64,000 nucleotides of DNA. It comes from a bacterium (GTDB lineage: Bacteria; UBA10199; JACPAL01; GCA-016699445). The position numbers and the translations under genes are program-made. The notes below the pieces were generated by a model, which saw nothing but the letters and a program-made list of their open reading frames with translations, was not told the DNA's origin and searched no databases. Positions 28,536-39,619 of this stretch are shown piece by piece. The DNA lies in assembly GCA_035454885.1 (NCBI GenBank), contig DATIGE010000021.1, forward strand, positions 8,897-72,896. The letters are read 5' to 3'. Position 1 is the stretch's first letter. Each line of letters starts with the position of its first letter.

Positions 28536-28554
28536 CGATATTTAAGGAGAATTT

Positions 28555-29529
28555 ATGGGCAACATCTTAGTCATCGGCGAACATCAGGACGGAAAGGTCA
28601 AAAAAGTCACGCAGGAGTTGGTCACCAAGGCGGCCGAGCTCGCGGGCCAGATCGGCGGCGAGGTGGACGTCGTCCTTGTCGGACACGGGCTGCAGAACCC
28701 CGCGGAGTTGGGGTCCTTCGGGGCCAAGAAGGTCTATGTCGTCGACACCCCCAAGCTCGAGAAATACAACACGGAGGGCTGCGTGAAGGTCATCTCCGAC
28801 CTCGCCCAGGAAGCGAAACCCTCCGTCATTCTCGGAACCGCGAGTCCCCTGGGCAAGGACCTCCTTCCGCGCCTCGCCGCGCGCCTGAACGCCGGGCTTG
28901 CGGCCGATTGCACCGACCTTAAGATCGACGGGGGCAAGCTGGTGGCCACCCGTCCCATCTATTCCGGCAAGGCCTTCGTGGACGTGAAGTTCGAGGGCGA
29001 TCTCCAGATCGCCTCGGCACGCCCGAACTCGTTCGTCGCCAAGGCCGCCGGAGCGGGCGCGTCCGCCGAAGTCGTCCAAAAGAACATCGATCCCGGTGAG
29101 CTCCGGGCCGTCATGAAGGAAATCGTGAAGGGCAAGTCCGACAAGGCGGACCTGACGGAGGCGGCGGTCATCGTCTCGGGCGGCCGCGCCATGAAGGCGG
29201 CCGAGAACTTCAAGATTCTGAACGAGTTGGCCGACGTGATCGGGGCCACGGTGGGCGCCTCGCGCGCGGCGGTCGACTCGGGCTACGCGGCGCACGACAT
29301 GCAGGTGGGCCAGACGGGCAAGGTCGTCAACCCGAACCTCTACATCGCCTGCGGCATCTCCGGCGCCATCCAGCACCTGGCCGGCATGAGGACCTCCAAG
29401 GTGATCGTCGCGATCAACAAGGACCCGGAGGCCCCCATCTTCACCAAGGCGGATTACGGCATCGTCGGCGATCTCTTTCAGGTCGTCCCGTTGCTGACCC
29501 AGGAATTTAAAAAGGTCCTAACGGAATAG
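28555..29529 (+). CDS. etfA: electron transfer flavoprotein alpha subunit
   Basis: Canonical EtfA FAD-binding C-terminal domain ([10 protein letters not shown]...). Confidence 0.9.
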   Translation: MGNILVIGEHQDGKVKKVTQELVTKAAELAGQIGGEVDVVLVGHGLQNPAELGSFGAKKVYVVDTPKLEKYNTEGCVKVISDLAQEAKPSVILGTASPLGKDLLPRLAARLNAGLAADCTDLKIDGGKLVATRPIYSGKAFVDVKFEGDLQIASARPNSFVAKAAGAGASAEVVQKNIDPGELRAVMKEIVKGKSDKADLTEAAVIVSGGRAMKAAENFKILNELADVIGATVGASRAAVDSGYAAHDMQVGQTGKVVNPNLYIACGISGAIQHLAGMRTSKVIVAINKDPEAPIFTKADYGIVGDLFQVVPLLTQEFKKVLTE

Positions 29530-29539
29530 GAGACATACC

Positions 29540-31315
29540 ATGGCGGCACAGGCAACCGGCGGTTCCTTCCTCCTCGAAAAAACGGGCGAGCGCGAGATCT
29601 TTCTTCCGGAGGACTTGAGCGACGAGCAGAGGCAGTTGGCCGATCTCGTGAAGAACTTCATCCAGGGCGAGGTCCTGCCCCGGAGCGAGGACATCGAACA
29701 TCAGAAGTTCGACGTCACCGTCGGCCTGCTCAAGAAAGCAGGTGAGCTGGGTCTCTTGGCCGCCGAAGTTCCCGAAGAATTGGGCGGGCTCGCGATCAAC
29801 AAGGTGTCGACGGTCGCCATGGGCGAGAACTCCATCTACCAAGGCTCGTTCAGCGTTTCCCTCATGTGTCACACGGGCATCGGTTCGTGGCCGATCATGT
29901 ATTTCGGAACGCCCGAGCAGAAGAAAAAGTACCTGACGAAGCTGGCGACGGGCGAAATGATCGGCGCCTACTGTTTGACCGAGCCCTGTTCGGGATCGGA
30001 CGCCTTGGGCATGAAGTCGAAGGCGGTTCCTTCGGCGGACGGCAAGAGCTGGGTCCTGAACGGCGAGAAAACCTTCATCACCAACGGGGGCTTCGCCGAC
30101 CTCTATACCATCTTCGCGAAGACCGAAGGCGACAAGACGACGGCCTTTTTGGTCGAGCGCGGAACGCCCGGCCTGTCCACGGGCAAGGAAGAGAAGAAGA
30201 TGGGGATCAAGGGGTCCTCGACGACGCCGGTCGTGATGGAAAATTGCGTGATCCCCAAGGAGAACCTCCTGGGGGAAATCGGCAAGGGTCATAAGATCGC
30301 CTTCAACATCCTGAATCTTGGCCGTTTCAAGCTGGGTGTCGGCGCCACGGGCGCGTCCAAGTACCTGATCGGAGAGGCCGTCAAGTACGCGAAGGACCGG
30401 AAGCAGTTCGGCAAGTCCATCACCGACTTCGGCCTGATCCGAAAAAAGCTGGCGAACATGGCCTCGCGGACGTTCGTCTCGGAAAGCATGAATTACCGCA
30501 CGGCGGACCTGATGGATCAAAAGATCAAGGCCTTGGCCAAGGGGGACGCGTCCTACGATCAAAAAGTCATGGAGATTGTGGAAGAGTTCGCGATCGAATC
30601 GTCCATCGCCAAGATTTACGGATCGGAATGCGTCGACATGGTGGCCGACGAGGGCCTGCAGATTCTCGGCGGGTACGGTTTCCTCGAGGAATATCCCTTC
30701 GCCGCCGCCCTGCGGAACACGCGCATCAACCGGATCTTCGAGGGAACGAACGAAATCAACCGTCTCCTGATTCCGGCCATGCTGTTCAAGGCCGCAATGA
30801 AGGGGCAGTTGGAGCTGATGAACGCGATTTCCTCGGTGGTCGGCCAGCTGAAGGAAGGCTGGAAGAAGGAAGGGGACGGGCCGTTGGCGGATGAAATCCA
30901 CCAGGTCGAGTTGGCCAAGAAGCTGACGATCTATGCGGCCGGATGCGCGGCCCAGAAGTTCATGGATCAGTTGCGGGACAAGCAATACATCGCCGAATAC
31001 ATCGCGGACCTCGCCGTCGAGACTTACGCGATGGAGACGGCGGTCCTGCGCGCGGTCCAGCTCCGCAAGCGGTTCGGAGACAAGGCGACGCTGGCGGAAT
31101 CGATCATGAAACTTTTCGTCAACGAGGCATATCCCGAGATGCTCGTCCGGGCACGCCGCCTCCTTCTGGCGGTGGCCGAGGGGAATCAAGAGGAGTTCGG
31201 CAAGTACGCCAAGGCGCTGACGCGGTTCGATTACTTCAATCCGGTCGATACGACGGCCCTGCGGGACGGAATCGCTCAGGCGGTCATTGACCGCGAGGGC
31301 TATCGGATCGTATAG
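29540..31315 (+). CDS. long-form acyl-CoA dehydrogenase (about 590 aa, FadE/AcdA-like)
   Basis: ACAD N-terminal, middle and C-terminal domains (GAYCLTEPCSGSDALGMKSKAV...; YGGYGFLEEYP). Confidence 0.88.
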   Translation: MAAQATGGSFLLEKTGEREIFLPEDLSDEQRQLADLVKNFIQGEVLPRSEDIEHQKFDVTVGLLKKAGELGLLAAEVPEELGGLAINKVSTVAMGENSIYQGSFSVSLMCHTGIGSWPIMYFGTPEQKKKYLTKLATGEMIGAYCLTEPCSGSDALGMKSKAVPSADGKSWVLNGEKTFITNGGFADLYTIFAKTEGDKTTAFLVERGTPGLSTGKEEKKMGIKGSSTTPVVMENCVIPKENLLGEIGKGHKIAFNILNLGRFKLGVGATGASKYLIGEAVKYAKDRKQFGKSITDFGLIRKKLANMASRTFVSESMNYRTADLMDQKIKALAKGDASYDQKVMEIVEEFAIESSIAKIYGSECVDMVADEGLQILGGYGFLEEYPFAAALRNTRINRIFEGTNEINRLLIPAMLFKAAMKGQLELMNAISSVVGQLKEGWKKEGDGPLADEIHQVELAKKLTIYAAGCAAQKFMDQLRDKQYIAEYIADLAVETYAMETAVLRAVQLRKRFGDKATLAESIMKLFVNEAYPEMLVRARRLLLAVAEGNQEEFGKYAKALTRFDYFNPVDTTALRDGIAQAVIDREGYRIV

Positions 31316-31322
31316 ACTTCCC

Positions 31323-31799
31323 GTGACGCCCAAACCCGTTTCCGCCTCCTCGGCGGAGTTCACGCATCTGGTTCTTCCGCCCGACACGAACGCCCTCGGC
31401 ACGATCTTCGGCGGCAGGATCATGGAGTGGGTGGACATTGCGGGATCGATCGTCGCGAGCCGGCACTGCCGCCAGATTGTGGTGACCGCCTCGATGGACG
31501 CCCTTCATTTTCTGGCCCCGGTCAAGTTGGGAGACATCGTGATCCTCAAGGCGGCCGTCAACTTTACGCACCGCACCTCGCTGGAGATCGGCGTGCGAAT
31601 CGAGTCGGAGAATCCGCTGACGGGGGAGAGGCGTCACACCTCCAGCGCCTACCTGACGTTCGTCGCCTTGGACGCCGCCGGCAGGCCGGTGGCCGCGCCC
31701 GAGGTCCTGCCGCAGACGGAGGACGAGAAGCGGCGGTTTGAAGACGCCAAGAAGAGGTACGAATACCGCGTGAAAAACCGCCCACGCGCCAAGAAATAG
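31323..31799 (+). CDS. hotdog-fold acyl-CoA thioesterase (YciA-like)
   Basis: VLPPDTNALGTIFGGRIMEWVDIAGSIVA...LEIGVRIESE. GTG start 8 nt after the acd stop; an upstream TTG overlapping acd is the alternative. Confidence 0.75.
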   Translation: MTPKPVSASSAEFTHLVLPPDTNALGTIFGGRIMEWVDIAGSIVASRHCRQIVVTASMDALHFLAPVKLGDIVILKAAVNFTHRTSLEIGVRIESENPLTGERRHTSSAYLTFVALDAAGRPVAAPEVLPQTEDEKRRFEDAKKRYEYRVKNRPRAKK

Positions 31800-31802
31800 A
31801 CA

Positions 31803-32972
31803 TTACTCACACGTTTCATGGCCGGGGTGCGCGTGAGTCTCCAGAGACTTCTCGTAGACCCGGTAGGTCTTGTAGTGTTCGCCGCCCATCATCTCGATGC
31901 CGAAATTGATCTTCTGATTGTCCTCGAGCGTCCATGAAAGCTCGCCGCCCCAGTGGCGCAGCTCCTGGGAACGGCGGTGCATCTCGACGTAGAGCAGGAC
32001 CGAGAGGCCCGCTCCCAAGGACTCCCTCCGGAACTCCTTCTTGATGCCCAAAAGGATCAGCCGGGCCGACTTAATTTTCTTGGTTTTGATCCGATAGAGG
32101 AGTTTAAAAAAACCGAAGGGTAAGAGTCGTCCGTTCAGGTCCTTGATCGCCTCATTGAGATTCGGGAGGGCAAAGGCGATGGCGGCGGGCCGTCCGTCCA
32201 CCTCGGCGATGAGCGCCAACTTTGGCTCCATCAGCAGTTTAAAGTCTTTCGCCGCCTTCCGGATCTCGTTCTCGGTCAGCGGGACGAAAGCCCAGTTCTT
32301 CTCCCAGGCCGAGTTGAAGACGTCGATCAGGATGCGGACGTCACGATCGAGGTCTTTCGGATCGACCTCGCGGATGACGAGTCCCGGATGCTTTCGCGCC
32401 TCCTCGGCCAATTGCAGGGCGGCTTCGGGCGCGGGGCGCGAAGAATCGTACCGCCAGCAATAGAAATCCTTGAGCTTCTTGAGCCCCCAGCCCTCCAGGA
32501 GTCCAGCGTAATAGGGCCGCGTATGGGCCATGAGGACGAAGGGGGGGTGTTCCTGGCCTTTGACGACCACGCCCAATTCCTCGTTGATCGAGAAGCTGAA
32601 GGGCCCGCGCATCGAAGTCATGCCGCGCGCCTTGAGCCAGCCGGAGGCGTTCTCCAGGAGACAGTTTGCGACCTCGGGGTCGTTCACGCACTCGAAGAGA
32701 CCGAAAAAGCCCGTCTGTTCGTTGTGGGTCCGGTTGTGCAAGTGGTCGATCTGGGCGGAGATCCTTCCGACGGGATGGCCGTCCTTTTCAGCCAGGAAGA
32801 GCGCGACGTCGGCATGCTCGAAGAAGGGATTCTTCTTGGGGTTCAGAAAGTCCCGCCGCTCCTGGAGGAGGGGGGGCACCCAGGCCGGGTCGTCCCGGTA
32901 AAGGGTCCAGGGAAGGCGGATGAACCGTTCGCGTTCCGAACGGCTGGTGACGGGACGGATCGTCAGAGGCAT
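31803..32972 (-). CDS. BioF2-like GNAT (FemAB-like fold) N-acyltransferase, 389 aa
   Basis: About 390 aa two-lobed GNAT-like protein, immediately downstream of and co-oriented with an alpha-oxoamine synthase. From memory this matches the 'BioF2-like acetyltransferase' family; see finding. Confidence 0.55.
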   Translation of the reverse strand: MPLTIRPVTSRSERERFIRLPWTLYRDDPAWVPPLLQERRDFLNPKKNPFFEHADVALFLAEKDGHPVGRISAQIDHLHNRTHNEQTGFFGLFECVNDPEVANCLLENASGWLKARGMTSMRGPFSFSINEELGVVVKGQEHPPFVLMAHTRPYYAGLLEGWGLKKLKDFYCWRYDSSRPAPEAALQLAEEARKHPGLVIREVDPKDLDRDVRILIDVFNSAWEKNWAFVPLTENEIRKAAKDFKLLMEPKLALIAEVDGRPAAIAFALPNLNEAIKDLNGRLLPFGFFKLLYRIKTKKIKSARLILLGIKKEFRRESLGAGLSVLLYVEMHRRSQELRHWGGELSWTLEDNQKINFGIEMMGGEHYKTYRVYEKSLETHAHPGHETCE

Positions 32973-34241
32973 CTACCCGATTCCGTAGTTCTTCGCGACC
33001 TTGCGGAAGGCCTCGAGGGCGCGGGACAGATGCTCCTCCGTGTGGGTCGCGAGGGTGCTCGTACGGAGCATCTCCTTGCCTTTGGCCACGGCGGGGTAGA
33101 GGACGGGGTTGGTGTAGACGCCCGCGTCCAGGAGCTCCTTCCAGACCATCCAGGTCATCATGCTCTCGCCGATGACGACGGGGACGACCGCGGCTTGGGC
33201 CTGTCCGGTCTGATACCCGATCTCCGAAAGGCCCTTTTTCAGGAAGGCGGCGTTCTTCCGCACCGCGACGGCGCGTTCCGGCTCCTGGATCAGGATGTCC
33301 AGGGCGGCGCTGGCCGCGGCGGCGCAGCTGGGGGCGAGCGAGGCCGAAAAGATCATGGGGCGGCCGAAGTGCTTGATGAAGTTGATGACCAGCCGGTCGC
33401 CTGCCACGAAACCGCCGATCGAGGCGAGGCTCTTGCTGAAGGTCCCGACGATCAGGTCCACTTGGTCGTTGACTCCAAGTTGATGGCAGGTGCCGCGCCC
33501 GCCGGGCCCCAGGACGCCCAACCCGTGCGCGTCGTCGACGGCGAAACGGACCTTGTGCTTCTTCACGAGCGGGACCATCTCGGGAAGAGGCCCCAGATCC
33601 CCCTCCATGCTGTAGACCCCGTCGACAAAGAGGAGGGCGCCGGTCTCTTGGGGGATGCCGGAGAGGATACGGTCCAATTCGGCCAAATCGTTGTGAGGGA
33701 ACCGGATGGTTTCCCCCTCCATCAGGCGGCAGCCGTCGTGGATGCTCGCGTGGGCGAACCGGTCGACGACGGCGACGGATTTCTTGTTGATGAGCGCCGT
33801 GAGCATGCCGAGATTCGCCTGATACCCCGTGGTGAAGACGAGGGCGGCCTCCTTGCCCAGGAAGGCCGCGAGCTTCGCCTCCAGCTCTTCATGAATGGGC
33901 ATCGTTCCGTTCAAGAAGCGGGATCCCGTCATGCTGGTGCCGTATTTGCGGACGGCCTCGATCGCCGCCTCGCGCACCTTCGGATGGGTCGTGAGTCCCA
34001 GGTAGTTGTTGGATCCCAGCATCACGACCTCGCGGCCTTGATAGCGCGCGATGGGACCCTGGTTTTCCTCGATGGGGCGGAAGTAGGGATAAAGATCGGT
34101 GCCGGTGACCTCCTCGAGGACGCTCCAGCCGTAGGCCTTCGCCAGGACGTCGCGCCCGCCCTTTTCCCACTGGCTCGTCCAGTTCGAAAGATCGGCTTGC
34201 GTGTCATTCGGGGACGGTGCTTCGGCCAGGGCTTTGCTCAT
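32973..34241 (-). CDS. PLP-dependent alpha-oxoamine synthase (8-amino-7-oxononanoate synthase/serine palmitoyltransferase family)
   Basis: GSNNYLGL...GTFSKSL...(PLP Lys) conserved blocks of the BioF/Spt/Kbl family. No other biotin genes in the window. Confidence 0.85.
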   Translation of the reverse strand: MSKALAEAPSPNDTQADLSNWTSQWEKGGRDVLAKAYGWSVLEEVTGTDLYPYFRPIEENQGPIARYQGREVVMLGSNNYLGLTTHPKVREAAIEAVRKYGTSMTGSRFLNGTMPIHEELEAKLAAFLGKEAALVFTTGYQANLGMLTALINKKSVAVVDRFAHASIHDGCRLMEGETIRFPHNDLAELDRILSGIPQETGALLFVDGVYSMEGDLGPLPEMVPLVKKHKVRFAVDDAHGLGVLGPGGRGTCHQLGVNDQVDLIVGTFSKSLASIGGFVAGDRLVINFIKHFGRPMIFSASLAPSCAAAASAALDILIQEPERAVAVRKNAAFLKKGLSEIGYQTGQAQAAVVPVVIGESMMTWMVWKELLDAGVYTNPVLYPAVAKGKEMLRTSTLATHTEEHLSRALEAFRKVAKNYGIG

Positions 34242-34253
34242 GAGTCTCCTTCG

Positions 34254-36263
34254 TTAGACGATCGACTCCGCGAGGAGTTCGACCACGTCCTTGGTCTGGA
34301 TGTTTTCGATGCCCTTGTCGTGCGTGGCGTCCTTGAGCATGGTGATGCAGAAGGGACAGGCGCTGGCGATGACGTTCGGGTTGGCCGTCTGAAGGTCTTC
34401 CAGGCGCTGGTGGTTCACGCGCTTGCCGACGCGCTCCTCCATCCACATCCGTCCGCCTCCGGCCCCGCAGCAGCGGCCCTTGTCCTTGGAGAGAGGGACA
34501 TCCTTCACCTCGGCCCCGGGGATCGATTTCAGGATCTCGCGCGGGGCGTCGTAGACCTCGTTGTACCGGCCCAGGTAACAGGAGTCGTGATACGTGACGG
34601 ACTGAGGCAGCGGCCGCGCCGGCGTGAGCCGGCCTTCGCGGATCAGCCCGTATAGGAACTCCGTATGGTGGACGACCTCGTAATTTCCGCCCAGCTGCGG
34701 GTACTCGTTCTTGATCGTGTTGAAGCAATGCGGGCACGCGGTGATGACCTTTTTGAACTTGTAGCGGTTCATCGTCTCGACGTTGGTCTTGGCGAGCGTC
34801 TGGTAGAGGTACTCGTTGCCGATGCGCCGGGCGGGGTCGCCCGTGCAGTTCTCTTCCTTGCCCAGGATGGCGAAGTCGACGCCCGCTTTCTGGAGCATCT
34901 TCACGAGGGCGGTGGCGATCCTCGTATTCCGGTCGTCGAAGGAGCCCGCGCAGCCGACGAAGTAGAGGTATTCCGCCGTCGGGTGGTCCGCCATCATCTT
35001 GACGCCCAGGCTTTTGCACCACTCGGCGCGGTCGCTGGCGGCGATGCCCCAGGGGTTGGAGTTGACCTCGAGGTTCCTGAAGGTCGCCTGGACCTCGGTG
35101 GGCATCACGCCCTGGGTCAGGACCATGTGCCGGCGAACGTCCACGATACGGTCGACGAATTCGATGCCGACGGGGCAGGCTTCTTCACAAGCTCTGCAGG
35201 TGGTACACGACCAAAACACCTCCGGATCAATCGCAAAGGGCGTAATCCATTTTTCGGTCCCTTCGGGTAGAGTTCCGTCGCCCTCGCGCAGCGCGTGGGG
35301 TTTCCAGCCGCCGTGCGAGCCGCCGAGTTTGTACTCCTGGCGGAGCCACTCGCGCTCGTCGATGTTGATCTGTTTGGGGCTCAAGACCTTGCCCGTGTTG
35401 AACGCCGGACACATCGACGAGCAGCGCCCGCACTCCGTGCAGGTGGCGACGTCCAGGAGGTCCTTCCAGGTCATATCGGTCAGTTTCGCCGTACCGAACG
35501 AGGTCGCGTTCGGGTCCTCGAGGTTCAGCATGCGCAATTGGCCCAGGGGAGTCGTTCGGAGGAAGAAGACGTTCGGCAGAAAGGTGAAGACGTGAAAGTG
35601 TTTCCCATAGGGGAGAAAGTTCAGGAAGACGAGGATCAGGCCGACATGGACGAGATAGGAGACGTTCGCGATCTGCCCAAGCGCCGCCGGAGAGAGATTG
35701 GCCGCATGAAACGCCAGTCCGAACATCGCGGAGATCGGCGCCCAGCCGGCGTGGGTCATGTTATGCGCCAGATGCGCGCCTTCGAAGACGAAATCCGTCA
35801 GGCACAGCATGAAGATCATGAAGAGGATGAAAACGGCCTCGATCGACGGCGTCAGACGGCTTACCTTGAGGATGACGCGCCGGTAGACCGCATAGCTGAC
35901 GGCGACCATGACCAGGAGCAAGATCAGGTTCAGGAGAAACGTGTAGGCCAATCCCGGCAGGCTTTCCGCTAACCCCGAACCGAACGTCGGCGAGAATCCC
36001 ATGCCGAAGAGGAGGATCGTCCGGAGCCCGATGATGCAAAAGCCCCAGAAGATGATCGCGTGCATGAGGCCGGCCTTGAGATCGCCCTTGATGATCTTCG
36101 TCTGGGCGAAGGCGATCGTGATCAGGTTCTTCACCCGCTTCGGATAGTCGTTGAACCGGGCGTCCGGTTTGCCCGAGCCGATGACCTTCCACCAGCGCGA
36201 GACCGAGAAGGCGAAGAAGGATAGGGCCACGGCGAGCATGAGTGCGACGGTGATCGGGAACAT
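34254..36263 (-). CDS. membrane-anchored Fe-S oxidoreductase with 2x[4Fe-4S] ferredoxin motifs and C-terminal CCG (HdrD/GlpC-like) domains
   Basis: N-terminal about 230 aa with multiple TM helices. Motifs CTECGRCSSMCP and CTTCRACEEACP, then two Cys-rich CCG-type domains (CPHCFNT...; CCGAGGG...ACPFC). Confidence 0.8.
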   Translation of the reverse strand: MFPITVALMLAVALSFFAFSVSRWWKVIGSGKPDARFNDYPKRVKNLITIAFAQTKIIKGDLKAGLMHAIIFWGFCIIGLRTILLFGMGFSPTFGSGLAESLPGLAYTFLLNLILLLVMVAVSYAVYRRVILKVSRLTPSIEAVFILFMIFMLCLTDFVFEGAHLAHNMTHAGWAPISAMFGLAFHAANLSPAALGQIANVSYLVHVGLILVFLNFLPYGKHFHVFTFLPNVFFLRTTPLGQLRMLNLEDPNATSFGTAKLTDMTWKDLLDVATCTECGRCSSMCPAFNTGKVLSPKQINIDEREWLRQEYKLGGSHGGWKPHALREGDGTLPEGTEKWITPFAIDPEVFWSCTTCRACEEACPVGIEFVDRIVDVRRHMVLTQGVMPTEVQATFRNLEVNSNPWGIAASDRAEWCKSLGVKMMADHPTAEYLYFVGCAGSFDDRNTRIATALVKMLQKAGVDFAILGKEENCTGDPARRIGNEYLYQTLAKTNVETMNRYKFKKVITACPHCFNTIKNEYPQLGGNYEVVHHTEFLYGLIREGRLTPARPLPQSVTYHDSCYLGRYNEVYDAPREILKSIPGAEVKDVPLSKDKGRCCGAGGGRMWMEERVGKRVNHQRLEDLQTANPNVIASACPFCITMLKDATHDKGIENIQTKDVVELLAESIV

Positions 36264-36481
36264 GGGGGGAGGTCTCCTTAACTAACTGATTTTGATAGTG
36301 TTTTTGGCTATTCGAAATCCCTCCGCTTCTAGCAGAGCGTCAAGCCGACTTCAACCCAAAACAATCGGAGGAGGAACGTCTCCCCTCGGCCGTACCGCCG
36401 CGTCGGCTTCATCGGTACTGAGTTCCGCCTGGTTATTGCCCGGAGGCGGCCTTTGTGCCAGTCTCACTCGGATTGATTTTC

Positions 36482-37996
36482 ATGGGGAAGAAATTTCTTT
36501 TTGCCACGGTCTTTATCTGCGGAATGTCGGTGATGGCGGTCGAGCTGACCGCCTCCCGGCTGCTCGCGCCGTATTTCGGGACGTCTCTCTTCGTCTGGAC
36601 CAATTTGATCGGCGTCGTCCTCCTGGCCCTCTCCCTGGGGTATTACTGGGGCGGAAAACTTGCGGATCGGAACGGGGGAAGGAACGCGCGCCGGGACCTT
36701 TTCCTCCTAATCCTCACGACGGGCATTCTCGTCGGCGCCATCCCCTGGATCGCCGGACCGATCTTCCGCTTTTCTTATGAGGCGATGCCTCGATCGGGGT
36801 TATCGATCTTTTTTCCGTCCCTTGTCTCGATTCTCGTCCTTTTTACGTTGCCGCTCCTCTTTCTCGGGATGGTGACGCCTCTGGCCGTCCGCATCGGCAT
36901 CCGGGACCCGGACTCGGCGGGGCGCGTGGTCGGATCCCTCTACGCCTTTTCGACGGTCGGAAGCATTGTCGGCACTTTCCTGCCGGTCCTCTTGACGATC
37001 CCCTTTTGGGGTTCCCGCGAGACCTTTTACGTCTTCGGAGTCCTTTTGATCCTCTTGGGCGGCGCCGGCCTCAAACGGCCTTTCGTTTCCCTCGTCGCCT
37101 GTGTTCCGTTCGTCTGGGCGCTCCTGGTTCCCTCGACTCATGGGAGGGCGGATATCGAACTCGAAAAGGAATCGGTTTATAATCTCGTCCGCGTCCGGAG
37201 GCTTCCGAACGATTCCCGAACTCTCATCATCAACGAGGGGATCGGAGCGCAATCGATCTATCATCCCTCGCGAATCTTCACGCATTTTTACTGGGATGGG
37301 GCCGTCCTCTTGCCGCTCCTTCGCCCGGAAGGGGAAAGCTTTCTCTTCATCGGAGTGGCGGGCGGGACGAGCGCGCGGCTGGTCCATCATTTTTTCCCTT
37401 CGCTGAATTTGGACGGGGTCGAGATCGATCCCGTCATCGCGGACGCCGGCCGGAGGTTTTTCGGATTGGATCAGTTTCCGTTCGACATTCACGTCGGGGA
37501 CGGGCGGGTCTTTTTGGAGCGGCAAGAGAAAAAATACGATTTCATCATGGTGGACGTCTACCATGACAACCTGTTCATTCCGTTTCATCTGGCGACACGG
37601 GAGTTTTTCGAAACGGTCCGCCGCCGGCTCGCTCCGCGGGGCGCCATGGTCATGAACGTCTTCTCCCCCCGGGGCGAGACGGATCTGCTTCGGCTGATGA
37701 AAAATACGGTCGCCTCCGTTTTCCCTTTTGTCTATGAGTATCGCGTGAGGGATCTCGGGTCGCTTCTTTACGCTTTTCAGGAAGGGCCGGATCCGGGATC
37801 GTTCCCTTCGCCGGGCCTGGATCCCGATCTTCAAGAGCTCGCCGCGAAGATTCTCGACCAATGGAAACCGGTTGCCGCCGATCCTCGCGGAGCGATCTCC
37901 ACGGACGATCGGCCGCTTGTGGAACTCCTGGCGGCCCAGTCCATCTTTTTCGATTTGCCGAGCGTGAAGCCGTACTCGTTTGAGGCGCCTCGATAG
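36482..37996 (+). CDS. fused membrane domain plus spermidine-synthase-like (polyamine aminopropyltransferase family) protein
   Basis: N-terminal about 220 aa with 6-7 TM helices. C-terminal region reads [13 protein letters not shown]...GVEIDPVI...DFIMVDVY, typical of the SpeE-like methyltransferase fold. Confidence 0.65.
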   Translation: MGKKFLFATVFICGMSVMAVELTASRLLAPYFGTSLFVWTNLIGVVLLALSLGYYWGGKLADRNGGRNARRDLFLLILTTGILVGAIPWIAGPIFRFSYEAMPRSGLSIFFPSLVSILVLFTLPLLFLGMVTPLAVRIGIRDPDSAGRVVGSLYAFSTVGSIVGTFLPVLLTIPFWGSRETFYVFGVLLILLGGAGLKRPFVSLVACVPFVWALLVPSTHGRADIELEKESVYNLVRVRRLPNDSRTLIINEGIGAQSIYHPSRIFTHFYWDGAVLLPLLRPEGESFLFIGVAGGTSARLVHHFFPSLNLDGVEIDPVIADAGRRFFGLDQFPFDIHVGDGRVFLERQEKKYDFIMVDVYHDNLFIPFHLATREFFETVRRRLAPRGAMVMNVFSPRGETDLLRLMKNTVASVFPFVYEYRVRDLGSLLYAFQEGPDPGSFPSPGLDPDLQELAAKILDQWKPVAADPRGAISTDDRPLVELLAAQSIFFDLPSVKPYSFEAPR

Positions 37997-38066
37997 GACG
38001 AGGGTCCGCCGAAATGATGTTGACTTTAAGGGGGGGTGGTTGGCAGAACTTCCCTTCCTCAAAGAT

Positions 38067-39617
<1,551 letters not shown>

Positions 39618-39619
39618 CG

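Noticed and set aside
29507-31438. 643-aa minus-strand ORF
   Set aside because: Antisense to the acyl-CoA dehydrogenase, whose sense-strand translation has unmistakable ACAD motifs.
32388-34655. 755-aa plus-strand ORF
   Set aside because: Antisense to the GNAT and alpha-oxoamine-synthase genes.
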